A DNA stretch of 64,000 nucleotides from Octopus sinensis (taxonomy: Eukaryota). Made by a program: the position numbers and the translations under genes. Positions within the stretch are counted from its first letter, which is position 1. Each line of letters begins with the position of its first letter. The stretch covers positions 140,802,001 to 140,866,000 of the forward strand of contig NC_042997.1 in assembly GCF_006345805.1 (NCBI RefSeq), given 5' to 3'. The notes beneath the pieces are model-generated. The model did not search any database. It was not told the DNA's origin and saw nothing but the letters and a program-made list of their open reading frames with translations. Positions 1 through 11,698 of this stretch are shown piece by piece.

Positions 1-102
1 TTGGCACAAAGTCAGCTGTCTTTTGGGAATAAGCAATTCAATTACATCAGCCATTAGTGCTCAACTGGTACTTATTTTATTGGTCTCTAAAAGATGAAAG
101 GT

Positions 103-355
103 GGAGGCATGTGGCGTAGTGGTTATGTCAGCATCATGATCGTAAGATTGTGGTTTCAATTTCTGGACTGGGCGACACGTGTTCTTGAGCAAAACACTTC
201 ATTTCACGTTGCTCAAGTCCACTCAGCTGGCAAAAGTGAGTAACGCTGCGATGGACTGGTGTCCCATCCAGCTGGGGAACACATATGCCTTGGAAACCGG
301 GCCCATGAGCCCTGGCTTGGCTTTAAAAAAGGGCGCATTTATTTATTTTTTTTTA
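103..355 (+). mobile_element. tRNA-head SINE (family E) inserted into a family B SINE, 14-bp TSD
   Basis: AAAAGATGAAAGGT at 89-102 and 356-369. Head has A/B-box-like sequence (TGGCGTAGTGG..GGTTTCAATT) and the tail is T-rich. Degenerate relatives near 1110-1280 and 42365-42560. Confidence 0.75.
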
Positions 356-2019
356 AAAAGATGAAAGGTAAAGTTGACCGTGGCGGAATTTGAACTCAGA
401 ACGTAAAGACAGATCAGATGCTGCTAAGTGCTTTACCCAGCATGCTAATGATTCTGCCAGCTCACCTAAATGAACAGATATTTAGAAATGTACAGTTTAT
501 AACTTAAGAATTTGAAAGAAAATAAATTAAAACTAGACCCCAAATTTGATACATAAGTAACACTTCTAAGCTAATAATTTAATTAGTTTTCTGGCTCAGT
601 AACTTGACTGATTAAAGAAATATATCTTTAATATTAAGAGTGGTGTAGTCTGATGTATCTAAGTTATGTAAATATATAAATAAATAAATATATGAATAAA
701 ATGTAATTCAATTTTGAATGTAAAACAAAACCTAGTTAGCATACTGAGATGCTGACTTTTCATTTATTTTTTATAGGGCAAAGGGGAAAATATTTAAATT
801 ATGGTTAGAAGCCTGATTTATAGTGTCATTTACAGGAAAATTTTATTCATATTTTCAAATTAACAGCATAGCTTTCTGACAAGTTCTACACCCAGTAACT
901 TGAATATAGAATTGAACGTGTAAAATTTCTATTTGGGATCTCAGAATTTTATCTTGGTATCTTTGACTAAGCCATTTGCTGCAGGAGAGGACATTAGCAC
1001 TTACAGTCACAAGGTTTTCATTTGTGTGTGTGTGTGTGTGTGAGAGTGAGAGAGAGTATGTATATTAGTTAACCAAAGTAGGAAGGCATGTTGCCTAGTA
1101 TTTAGTATTTAGTGCATTGCACTCATAATCACAAATCATGGTTTTGGTTCCTGGGCCAAGTGGTGCATTGTGTTCTTGAGCGAAACACTTCATTTCACGT
1201 GGCTCTAGTCCATTTATCAGTAAATGAGTAACCCTGCAATGGACGTGTATCCCATCTAGGGAGATTGCTGTGTTCTCAGTCACTTACAAGTTTTGCCATG
1301 AAATCTGGCTCCATGAGTTGCCATGTAAGCTGGCTCCATGAGTTGTTGGGTTCAAGACGGTAAGGTCCAAGAGTTGATGATGAAAGTAGGACGTGTTTGT
1401 GACCTTTTGCAGGCCCACACAGACTGTGTCAGTAGGTGTTACTGATGTTTGCTTTAAACATCTCTAGGTTGTTAGTTGATGAAAGGCCAAGAGGTGGGTG
1501 TGCCTGGTTTCTGGGTGGAGGATCTATGCAGCTTTCTAATTCAGAATGACAGAGACTGTTGTAGTAGCAGTCCAATAAACAGAGAGGACAAACAGTGCAT
1601 CTGTGGGTCAATAGTTGTTGAATATTAGTGAATGAACATTTACCATGCAGCTAAAATACTTTATTTTGAACATAGCCAAAGAAGTGTATGTATTTAACAA
1701 GTAACACTGTTCCTGGTATATAGGCAGTCCTTCGTTGTGTAATATGGATTATTGTTATTGCATAGAGTAATAATATCAGGTAGCTGAAAGAATGGCCACA
1801 TGTCAGGGGAGAAGCAGAAAGTGAGAGGTCTGCTAATGTTCTGTAATATGAGGATCAGAGGTGTGAGGTATTTTGGTTGCAAAGCAGTGTGTAAGTATGA
1901 ATCAAGATGTCATTTGTGAGAATTCTCTTTGTAATCTTAGTGAACTGATTCACCCTCAGTGATTCCAGGAAGAAGGAAATATAAAAATGTTATGAGAGGT
2001 TAGTGAACGAGAAAATGCT

Positions 2020-2042
2020 AGAGAAAGAGTGAGAGAGAAAGG

Positions 2043-2074
<32 letters not shown>

Positions 2075-2235
2075 AGGGAGATAGATAGAGAAAGTGAGAG
2101 ATAGAGAGAGAGAAAGAGAAAGAGAGATAAAGAGAGAGATAGAGAAAGAGAGATAGAAAAAGAGAGAAAGGGAGATAGATAGAGAAAGTGAGAGAGATAG
2201 AGAGAGAGAGAAAGAGAGAGAGAGAGGGAAGCAAC
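2020..2235. repeat. Polypurine (GA)n compound tract; representative of many microsatellites (TATG, CA, TA, GAT, TAA, CAC), e.g. 4734-4870, 9850-10120, 17240-17560, 27550-27645, 28625-28850, 34650-34895, 47115-47340
   Basis: Direct reading; these tracts generate most ORFs in the supplied track. Confidence 0.95.
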
Positions 2236-2337
2236 TACAAAGGTTTCAAACTGACATACTAAATTATGAAAGTAATGGAGAGAGTTATAAATAATTAGGA
2301 AGTAAAATTAGCTTATTGAAATCAAATTTGATGACTG

Positions 2338-2727
2338 GCATCCGTGCTAGTGGAGCACTAAGAGCACCATCCAAGCATGATCGTTGCCTGAGCAGCTAAC
2401 TGGCATCTATGCTGGTGGCACGTAAAATGCACCATTCGAGCGTGATTGTTACCAGCGTTGACTTACTGGCACTTGTGTTGGTGTGCAGGTGGCATGTAAA
2501 AAAAACACCATTTGGGCATGGCTGTTGTCAGAACTGCCTGACTGGCCCTCGTGCTGGTGGCACATAAAAGCACCCACTACACTCACTGAGTGGTTGGCAT
2601 TAGGAAGGGCATCCAGCTGTAGAAACTCTGCCAGATCAAGATTGGAGCCTAGTTTGTTAGTCCTCAGGCAAATCGTCCAACCCATGCTAGCACGGAAAGC
2701 GGACGTTAAACGATGATGATAATGATG
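2338..2727 (+). mobile_element. Family C repeat (CAGCTGGATGCCCTTCC core, (GAT)n tail), probably an RTE-LINE 3' end or derived SINE
   Basis: At least 15 copies in the window: ~13690-13935, 19908-20190, 22000-22760, 22925-23080, 26490-27030, 28465-28630, 34010-34350, 39958-40115, 42611-42860, 52085-52720, 54660-55025, 61738-62045. Copies are variably 5'-truncated with a constant 3' end. Confidence 0.75.
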
Positions 2728-2769
2728 TTGAAACGTAGTTTGGATTTGAACCGGGAAAGATTCAAATCC

Positions 2770-3600
2770 AAACTGAAGTACTCTTTCTTGTGAGGCAACT
2801 ACAGGAGAATTCCTTAGGTACAAGCAAATTACTATTCCTAACATTTGTTGTGTTGAGAAGGTTTTGATAGGCCACTATGTTCTGTGATTTGGTAGTTGCT
2901 AAGAAAATACATGTAATTTGAAGACCTTGTGAAAACAATGCTTGGCACATAGGTGATGCTGTTAGACAGGTGAGAGCTAATAAGTTTGGTAAAGAACACA
3001 GGTAGGGCTCCATTGATGCTCAACTCTCAACCCTTTGGGGCTATAGCAGAATTTTGAGACTAGCTGCTCATGGGAGCTTCTGTGTACTTATGACCTAGTT
3101 CTCATTGCTGAAACCATTGAAGAATTAGGGTACAAATTGCAAATGGGGAAGTAAACCTCGAAGTGAGAGGTATCAAAGTGAATTTAGCAAAGATAAAAGT
3201 TTTAGTCAGCAAGAAAAAAGTAAGAATTTAGACTGCCATCTGGGAAATGGCTTTGCTTAACATGCAAAAATGAGTAAGTAGGAGTGCCATAAAGTGTGCC
3301 TGTTGTAAATTATGGGTGCATAAGAGATACTGTGGAATCACAAGCTGGCTAACAGAAAAGATGGACTTGATATGCAGCAGATGTGCAGGAGCAATTAGAA
3401 AATTTCTTTAATATGCCCAGAAGGTTCCCTAAAAGTAGTTGTTAGCTTCTGTTATTTAGGTCACTAAATTTACAGTGGAAGAGGGAATTCAGAATGCATA
3501 AGTATTTTTAAGTTTAAAGAGCCATTATATCTGCAGGCAACAAAGAGATTCTTTTTCTGATTAAAGAACAGATTGCATGATGTGGCTTGATAGTGAAATA
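2770..3600 (+). mobile_element. Degenerate RTE-clade LINE reverse transcriptase fragment
   Basis: Broken translations include FLVRQLQE, NLAKIKVLVS, CKLWVHKRYCGI..LICSRCAGAI and SLKVVVSFCYLG, with many stops and frameshifts. Confidence 0.7.
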
Positions 3601-4744
3601 TTGGCAGTAAATGCAGATGTGCAAAAGTTGTAAAGATATGAGGTGAGCTTGCTCTACTGAATATGTGATGCTAATATGTATGAATAACGGAAGGCAGTGA
3701 GCTGGCAGAATCATTAGTACATTCTGAGTTCAAATTCTGCCAACATCAACTTTGCCTTCCATCCTTTCAGGCTCGATAAAATAAGTACCAGTCAAGCACT
3801 GGGATTGATGTAAATGACTAACCCTCTCCCTGAGCCTGATTTCAGTGAATGTTAAAGGGGTGCCGAAACTCACACTGAACTGCTATGACAGACTTGTTAT
3901 TCTTCACATCACTTTTATAGGCAAACACATGATGCTCTATCATCCACAGCATCATAGCTTCACCTGAAAAGAAAAAAATGCTAAGACACCACCGACCGAA
4001 AGGTACCTGTTGGACATATGTCCCTCCCACTGGGGCTGAGTAAATAGCCCTTTCAAAAACGTTCATACTCTTTGCCCCACCCTGTGCTATAACCCAAGTT
4101 GACCAAAGTCTTGTGAGCAGATCTGGAAGCCTGAAACTGAAGTAAGCCTGTGGTTATGAAGTTAAGATGCTGGTCAATTAATTACAACTTAAAATCTTGC
4201 ATCTGCAGTCATTGTATTGTGCTGTTGAATAAAAACACATCACTCAGCTGTTTGTTTCATTTTGCCTGACTGAATGGAAAACAGGTTCCAGCTGAGTGGC
4301 TAGTTAGGTGTAGCAAAGAGATTCAGCTGTATAAACAATTGCTTTCACAAACAAACCATCTTAAATGCATGCGCAGTACTGTACATGCATGCACGTGGAG
4401 GAAACGGTTGTAAAAACAACATCCCATCCCACACTCACCTAAAAACACATCTCTTGTTTTATCTACAACACACCACTTCTGTAAATATTGGCACATGGCC
4501 AATGTTTACAGGGATGAGCTTACTGTCATAAAACAAAAATTAACAGAAAACAAATGAATAATTGTGACAGACGTGGCTGTGTGGGTAAGAAGTTTACTTA
4601 GCAATCGCAAGGTGCTAAGTTCAATCAACACCATTGTGCAGCATGAGGAGCAAGTGTCTTTTATTATTATTTCATGTTGACCATTGCTTTGTGAGTGAAA
4701 CTTGGTTGGTGGAAAATTGTCAAGTGCAAGTGTGTGTATGTATG

Positions 4745-4775
<31 letters not shown>

Positions 4776-4776
4776 G

Positions 4777-4807
<31 letters not shown>

Positions 4808-5730
4808 GTATGTATGTATGTATGTGTGTATGTATGTAAATATGCATGTATATATGTGTATGCATATATGTATGCATGTGTGTATATATATATCTATCCA
4901 TCCATACATCCATCTTTCTATCCACTGTCTGTCTGTCTGTCTATCTACTAATGCCTTTTTTTCCATTATGGGGTTTTATGTGCCATAATATTAGACTATT
5001 TTCTAGAGTCAGTATACAAACTTATAATTCTATTTACTAAATTTTCACTTGCCGCCATTTACTAATTCACCCCCCCCCCACACACACATACACATTTTAT
5101 CCTTGTTTCAGTCATTGGGTTGGAGCATGCCTTGAAGGGTTTAGGTGAATAAATCACTCCCAGAATTTATTTTTTGAGTCTGCCTCTTCCTCCTCTTTCT
5201 CTTCATGCTTCTCTTTCTCTTTCTCTTCCTCCTCTTTCTCTTCCCCCCTCCTCTTTCTCCTCCTCCTCCTCCTCCTCCCTCTTCCTCATCATCAACACCA
5301 CTGCCACTTCCACCACCACCACCACCACCACCACCACCTCCATAAGGCTATAGCAGAAGACACTTGCCCCAAGGTACCATGGTAGTGGGACTGGATCCAA
5401 AACCATGTAGTTGGGAAGCAAATTTCTTACCACACTCCACACTTTAAAAAATTTTTGTTTTAAATTTTTAATGTACCTCTCTCTGATATGTTTAAAATTC
5501 CATTTTCCATGGTTGTGTAACCATACTTCCCTATAAAAGCATGGATGAAATGGTTTAAGAAGTTTTAGATATTTTTCTTATGAATTATAGGATCTTATGT
5601 TTTACAGTTGGCTAACTACCTTCACCAGTAGTAGAAGTAGGTATTTCTTTTTTAGTTAAGTTCACTGGGTCAGACAAAATCGTGTACCTTGTCCAGTGGC
5701 ACAATGCTATAGTGATACCAGTCATGGCAT

Positions 5731-6433
5731 TTAACCCATTTCTGTTCATATTACTCTGTCAAATGTAATGCTTATTTTATTCACATTATTTTGAATTAAT
5801 TACTGTAAATCTTTGAGTATAATCCACATCTTTTCCCCAAAATTTAAAGGTCAAAATCCCTAGTGCGTACTATATACGAGGTTAAAAATGAAAATTATTT
5901 TCTAAGCAATGTCCGAGTCTCTATTTGTTGTCCGGCAATGTTTATTGAGACACATTTTGTGATGTCGGGCGCGAAAATACCTTAAATCATCCATAACTTG
6001 CAGTTAGCAACATTTATTAAACATTATTACTGTTATTTCTTTATTTTCTGCAAACAAAATGCACAAAAAAGCTACACATTTGCATAATGTTATATATACA
6101 ATAATAATAAGGGACGTTACCATATACAGTTTTACAAACCAAGGACGTTATATAGACTTCTTTGACTCAAGTTAGAGAAGGGGTGCATATTATACACAAG
6201 GTTTAGGTTTTTCAGAGGTACAGCCCCCTAAAAATCCCCTGCGTATTATACTCAAGGGCGGACTATACTCGAGGATTTATGGTATTCATTATCTTGTAGC
6301 TTTGAAAGTTTGGTTGTTTATTCTTAGAATGACATTGTAGGGTAGGTGTGACAAGTCAGGCCAGGCCAGTTTGAACATAAAGCAGATAGAATACTTGGGC
6401 TGGATACGGTCAGTTTAAATGTTAAAGGCTTAA
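5731..6433. mobile_element. piggyBac-like TTAA MITE (TTAACCC...GGGTTAA family 1) interrupted by a TA-TSD MITE
   Basis: TTAA at 5731 and 6430. Uninterrupted or differently interrupted relatives at 41385-41813 and 62680-62907. Confidence 0.65.
5803..6282. mobile_element. TA-TSD MITE (Tc1/mariner-pogo-like) with ~23-bp imperfect TIRs
   Basis: TA|CTGTAAATCTTTGAGTATAATCC ... GGACTATACTCGAGGATTTATGG|TA. A second copy lies in opposite orientation at 10380-10921. Confidence 0.8.
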
Positions 6434-6524
6434 ATTTCTATCAGGTTAGTAGGTCACTATCATTAGTAATGTAATGTAGCTTACTGGATATCAATGTTCT
6501 GAAAGTGGAAGATTCTTTCACTTA

Positions 6525-6556
<32 letters not shown>

Positions 6557-7027
6557 ATTAAGTATTAACACTTTCCAAGAAACAAAATTATTTTACAATA
6601 TGCACATTCATTTATAGTCTTAAGACTACATACATAAGTACATATGTACATACATATCTATATACACACTCACACATATACATATATACCTACATGCATA
6701 CATAGATAGTGGGTTCAAATTTTGGTACAAGGCTAGCAATGTTGGGGTAGAGGTTAAGTCAATCATATTGACCCTAGTGTTCAACTGGTACTTGTTTTAT
6801 CAACCTTGAAAGAACGAAAGGCAAAGTTGACCTTGGTGGAATTTGAACTCAGAACACAAAGATGGACAAGATGCTAAGCATTTCGCCTGGTGCACTAATA
6901 ATTCTGCCAGCTCACTGCCCTGCATGCACATATATAAATATTAGCATCCATAAATAAACATGTACATGCATTGTAGGATTAAAAATCTAGATTGCAGATC
7001 ATACGGTGTTAAATTAATAATAGTTGT

Positions 7028-7060
<33 letters not shown>

Positions 7061-7064
<4 letters not shown>

Positions 7065-7245
7065 CATATTTTTAACACATATAACATACAGAAAATTGCA
7101 CTACTAGGCACTGCACACATCCTACGCAGAACACTTTCCGTACAATAACCATCAGAGCATCACAACAAATCACAGCACATACCCAAGGCACACAGAGCTG
7201 TGCTCGGTAGTGAAGTGAAAGCACGATATAAAAAATATACTACTG
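7061..7245 (+). mobile_element. R4/Dong-like LINE 3' end within (TAA)n
   Basis: [24 protein letters not shown] plus a 3'UTR matching 32840-32991; flanked on both sides by TAA repeats. Confidence 0.8.
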
Positions 7246-7828
7246 AATAATAATAATAATATAATAATAATAATAATAATAATAATCTCTGTAGATGAAC
7301 ATCATCAGTTACTTGTATCCTGAATTCCTTCTCTTGCATTGCTCTTGGTGGATCACTCTTCAGTAGAGCAGATTCTTCAATTAGTTGATCAATAAATGTT
7401 CTGGCAGGATAACCCCTCAGGGCACTTTCCATGTGTTGATTCCCATATCAGCATTTGACTCACCATTTCATTCACAGAATCCTTTCAGGGCCGATAAATT
7501 AAATACCAGTTATGCACTGGGGTCGATGTAATCAACTGGTCCCCTCTTCCAAAATTTCAGGCCTTGTGCCTATAGAAGAAAGGATTATTATTATTATTAT
7601 TATTATTATTAAGGCGGTGAGCTGGCAGAATTGTTAACATGCTGGGCGAAATGCTTAGCGGTATTTCATCTGTTGTTACATCCTGAGTTCAAATTCCACT
7701 GTGGTCAACTTTGCCTTTCATCCTTTCAGGATCGATAAAATAAGTACCAGTTGAACACTGGTGTTGATGTAATTGACTTGACTTATCCCCTTCTCCCAAA
7801 CTGCTGCCCTTGTGACAAAATTTGAAAC

Positions 7829-7866
<38 letters not shown>

Positions 7867-10379
7867 GAAAACTCACAGCTTATTTTGCTGGATATGATGA
7901 AAAGTGTCAGCTGTCCACAGCCAGCAGAGTAAGGTGACACTTGTTTACTGGTCATGCTTCAAGAACCCTGCAAAGAATTCTTGCAGTTCTAAACAATACT
8001 GATTTTTGTAGGTGTTCTGCCTTCACACTTGCACCAATCTGTTTAACCCATGTCTGTCTGTTGAAAATGGGCATAAAACAAACAAATGAATGAATATGTA
8101 CATGGCTTCCTTGTCTATATTCTTCCTAATGTATCTCTTTCAAATTGCTTAATCCTGCACATTTAGGACCAAGCCCTCTGTATCTCTATACAAAATTTCT
8201 TTCTGTAACCACTGGAATGACTTCTCATCATGACACACTTCCTCTGTTTTGAAAAATACTTTCACTGTAAAGGTTTTCTCTTCATATTCTTACTTTTTAA
8301 CTCTGAGGACTTCTTTCTCTCATTCTTTCAGCAAACATCTCTCCTCTTTCTGCTATCAAAAGCACCTCATCACTGTCAGCAATGTGCTTCCTTAAACTCT
8401 CTATCTGTATTCTAAAACAGTTTTCTACACTTATCAGACCTTACCCGCCAACTCTTCCGTTAAAATGTAATCTATCAACATCTGCCTGTGAGTGTAAGGC
8501 TTTGTAAATTATCTTATTTTCCTATCTCAATATCTTCCTCAATATCTTCTTTGTCCATTTTGTCTTTTTTCTTACTCTGTATCTGATAAAAGATACTGCT
8601 CTTGAATTTATTTCAAAAGTGGTATTTATTCCAGTGAATTTTGATTTTAATTTCCTCTTTACGCTTTAGAAATATTCTTTCATGATTTTGTCTTTTTTCA
8701 TTCCATCCTTTTCACCATCAGATTTCAAACTCCCTGATATTTATGTCCATCATCTGTATTGTACCAAACTCTTGTATCTTCTCATTTGCTAGATTTATTC
8801 CGTCACTTTTATGGCATTTCCCATTTCTTCATCAAAAGGATCACTTGCCTGGAAATACCAAATTCTATTTTGGTTTCATTATTAAAGATTTTCACTTAAT
8901 TGATAAAAATATCCAGTTCTTACTTAGCCTTTTTGTTTTCACCCATTCAGTTTCATTTAAACCCCTGTAAATTAAGTGCCCCCTCAGCTGCCATCTTGGT
9001 GGAAAATAAAAGAAATCATCATCATTGTTGTCGTCACCACCACCACCACCACCACCAATAAAATGCATGTAGTACACTGTGTAAAATGTTTAGTGATAAA
9101 CAAGGAATCCATCTGAGAGGAACATCCCCAAAATGGAATATACAAGTAAGATGTGATCCCTTACCCATCTTGGTGGGAAATAGCTCTGTAGACAAGAACT
9201 GGTTTGGTTTGTGACAAGCCATCCACTCATGTCAGCAGGAAACGCTCTTGATGATGGTGGTGGTGGTGGCAATGGCAGTAATGGTGGTAATAGTGGTGGT
9301 GGCGGTGATGACGATGATGATGATGATGATGATGTCACTGTCACTACTGCAGCTGCAGCTGTCACTACTGCAGCTGCAGCTGTCACTGCTGATGAAATGG
9401 TTTCAAATCTAGCTGCGGGACTGACTTTACCTATCATTCATTTTCAGAGTTGATAAAATTGATACCAGTCATACACTGAGATTACATTCAGATCGATTTT
9501 ACTTACACTGTCTCCTTGTTTCCTTGTACCAGAGTAAGAAATTAGTTGTCACCAATACCATTCCCACCAGCACCACCACCATCATAACAGTGTCATTCTC
9601 ATCATCAGACCATCGTCATCCCTATTGCCACAGCGATTCCATCACACCACTTTCACACCCCCTACCACACCGCTATCACTCTCATTACCACTGTCATTAT
9701 TATAATTATTAATTGGTGAAAAATAGACGTGAAGCATGTCTGTGTGTCTGTTGTCATAAGTGATATGTGGGAATATATGTCATAACTTTTATATATTTTG
9801 CTCTAAGTTATATATGTGTTTATTGCATGTGTATGTGCGTGTGAGTGAGTGCACACACGTGTGTGTGTGTGTGTGTGTGTAAAAGAGAAGGCTAGGGATT
9901 TGGAGAAAGCAGCTATTATAGTTAATTAACCAGGATATTTGAAATATTGTGTATTCAACATCTACTCTCTGCTTCCCATCTCCTTCTCCATAAACATAAT
10001 TAAACACACGCACATCTGTATGTACATTCATGCATGCGTACATATATGCATACACACATACATACATACATACATACATACATACATACATACATACATA
10101 CATACATACATACACACACACTAGCTCATTTGTCTGCATGCTGAATATGCATATACTTTCTCACACACATGTGCACACACATGTACTAACACACATACAC
10201 ACACTAACTCATATATTGAGATACTCTCATGTATACATATATACTGATAAATATACATACCAATGTATATTCTGACCCACATTGTTATTATTATCAATTA
10301 CTTATATTCACCACACATAATGTTAACAATACTGTCTTTCTTCGAGTGTTTACATTTGAATTTTACTCATAAATATATA

Positions 10380-10921
10380 CCATAAATCCTCGAGTATAGC
10401 CCGCTCTTGAGTATAATACGTAGGGGATTTTTAGGGGGCTGTACCTCTGAAAAACCTAAACCTTGTGTGTAATACCTAAACCTTGTGTGTAATACCTGAA
10501 AAACCTAAACCTTGTCTAACTTGAGTCAAGGAGGTCTATATAACGTCCTTGGTTTGTAAAAACGTATACGGGAACGTCCTTTATTATCATTGTTCATATA
10601 ATATAATGCAAATGTGTAGCTTTTTTGTGCATTTTCTTTTTGCAGAAAATAAAGAAATAACAGTAATGATAGTAATAGCGTTTAATAAATGTTGTTTACT
10701 GCAAGTTATGGATGATTCTTTTATGACTTCATTGCATTCAGGCTTAGCTTAAAGTATTTTCGCGCTCAACATCACAAAATGCGTCTGAATAAGCATTGCC
10801 AGACAGCAAATAGAGACTCAGACATTGCTTAGAAAATGATTTTCATTTTTAACCTCATACGCACTAGGGATTTTGACCTTTAAATTTTGGGAAAAAAATG
10901 CGGATTATCGAGGATTTACGC
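10380..10921. mobile_element. Second copy of the TA-TSD MITE, inverted relative to 5803-6282
   Basis: TA flanks at 10378-79 and 10922-23. Contains an internal tandem rearrangement of AAACCTAAACCTTGTGTGTAATACCT at ~10452-10515. Confidence 0.8.
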
Positions 10922-11039
10922 TATATAATATACATATAAGTCCTGGGGTCGATTTTTTTTTTGACTAAAAGCGGTGCTCCAGTATGGTTGCAGTCAAATG
11001 ACTGAAACAAATAAAAGAATATATACACACACACAAATA

Positions 11040-11140
11040 TATGAGGAGTACTCAAAAGTTCCTAGCTTTAAGGGTATCACAAAAGGCCTGGCTGGAAGTC
11101 CAAACTTCCAAGTTCTTTTACAGGGCGTAGAAAGACAATA
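11040..11140 (+). mobile_element. Mariner-like left-end fragment
   Basis: TATGAGGAGTACTCAAAAGTTCC resembles the reverse complement of the right end of the mariner relic at 46045-46070. Confidence 0.45.
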
Positions 11141-11156
11141 AGTATGAATATATATA

Positions 11157-11196
<40 letters not shown>

Positions 11197-11440
11197 CTTT
11201 TATTCTTTTATTTGTTTCAGTCATTTGACTGTAGCCATGATGGAGCACCACCTTTAGTCAAGCAAATCGACCCCCCACCACCCAGGACTTATTCTTTGTA
11301 AGCCTTGTACTTATTCCATCAGTCTCTTTTGCCAAACTCCTAAGTTATGGGGTTTTAAACACACCAGCATCGGTTGTCAAGCGATGTTGCGGGGAACAAA
11401 CACAGACACACAAACATATATACACACATACATACATACA

Positions 11441-11476
<36 letters not shown>

Positions 11477-11664
11477 TATCATCATCATCATCATCATTTA
11501 ACGCCTGTCTTCCACCGTGCATGGGTAGGATGGTTGACAGGAGACAGCCAGGTAGAAGACACAGAAGTCTGGTGCAGGGTCCCTGACTGACCAGCTCCTG
11601 TCAAACCATCCAACCCATGCCAGCATAGAAGGCAGACATTAATCGATGATGATGATGATATATA

Positions 11665-11698
<34 letters not shown>

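Noticed and set aside
8000-8720. Possible LTR gag/pol relic on the minus strand
   Set aside because: Only a faint zinc-knuckle-like remnant with many stops; too degenerate to call.
9211-9453. 80-aa Gly/Asp/Ala-rich ORF with a 21-bp tandem repeat
   Set aside because: Compound GGT/GAT microsatellite plus a short duplication; no splice context.
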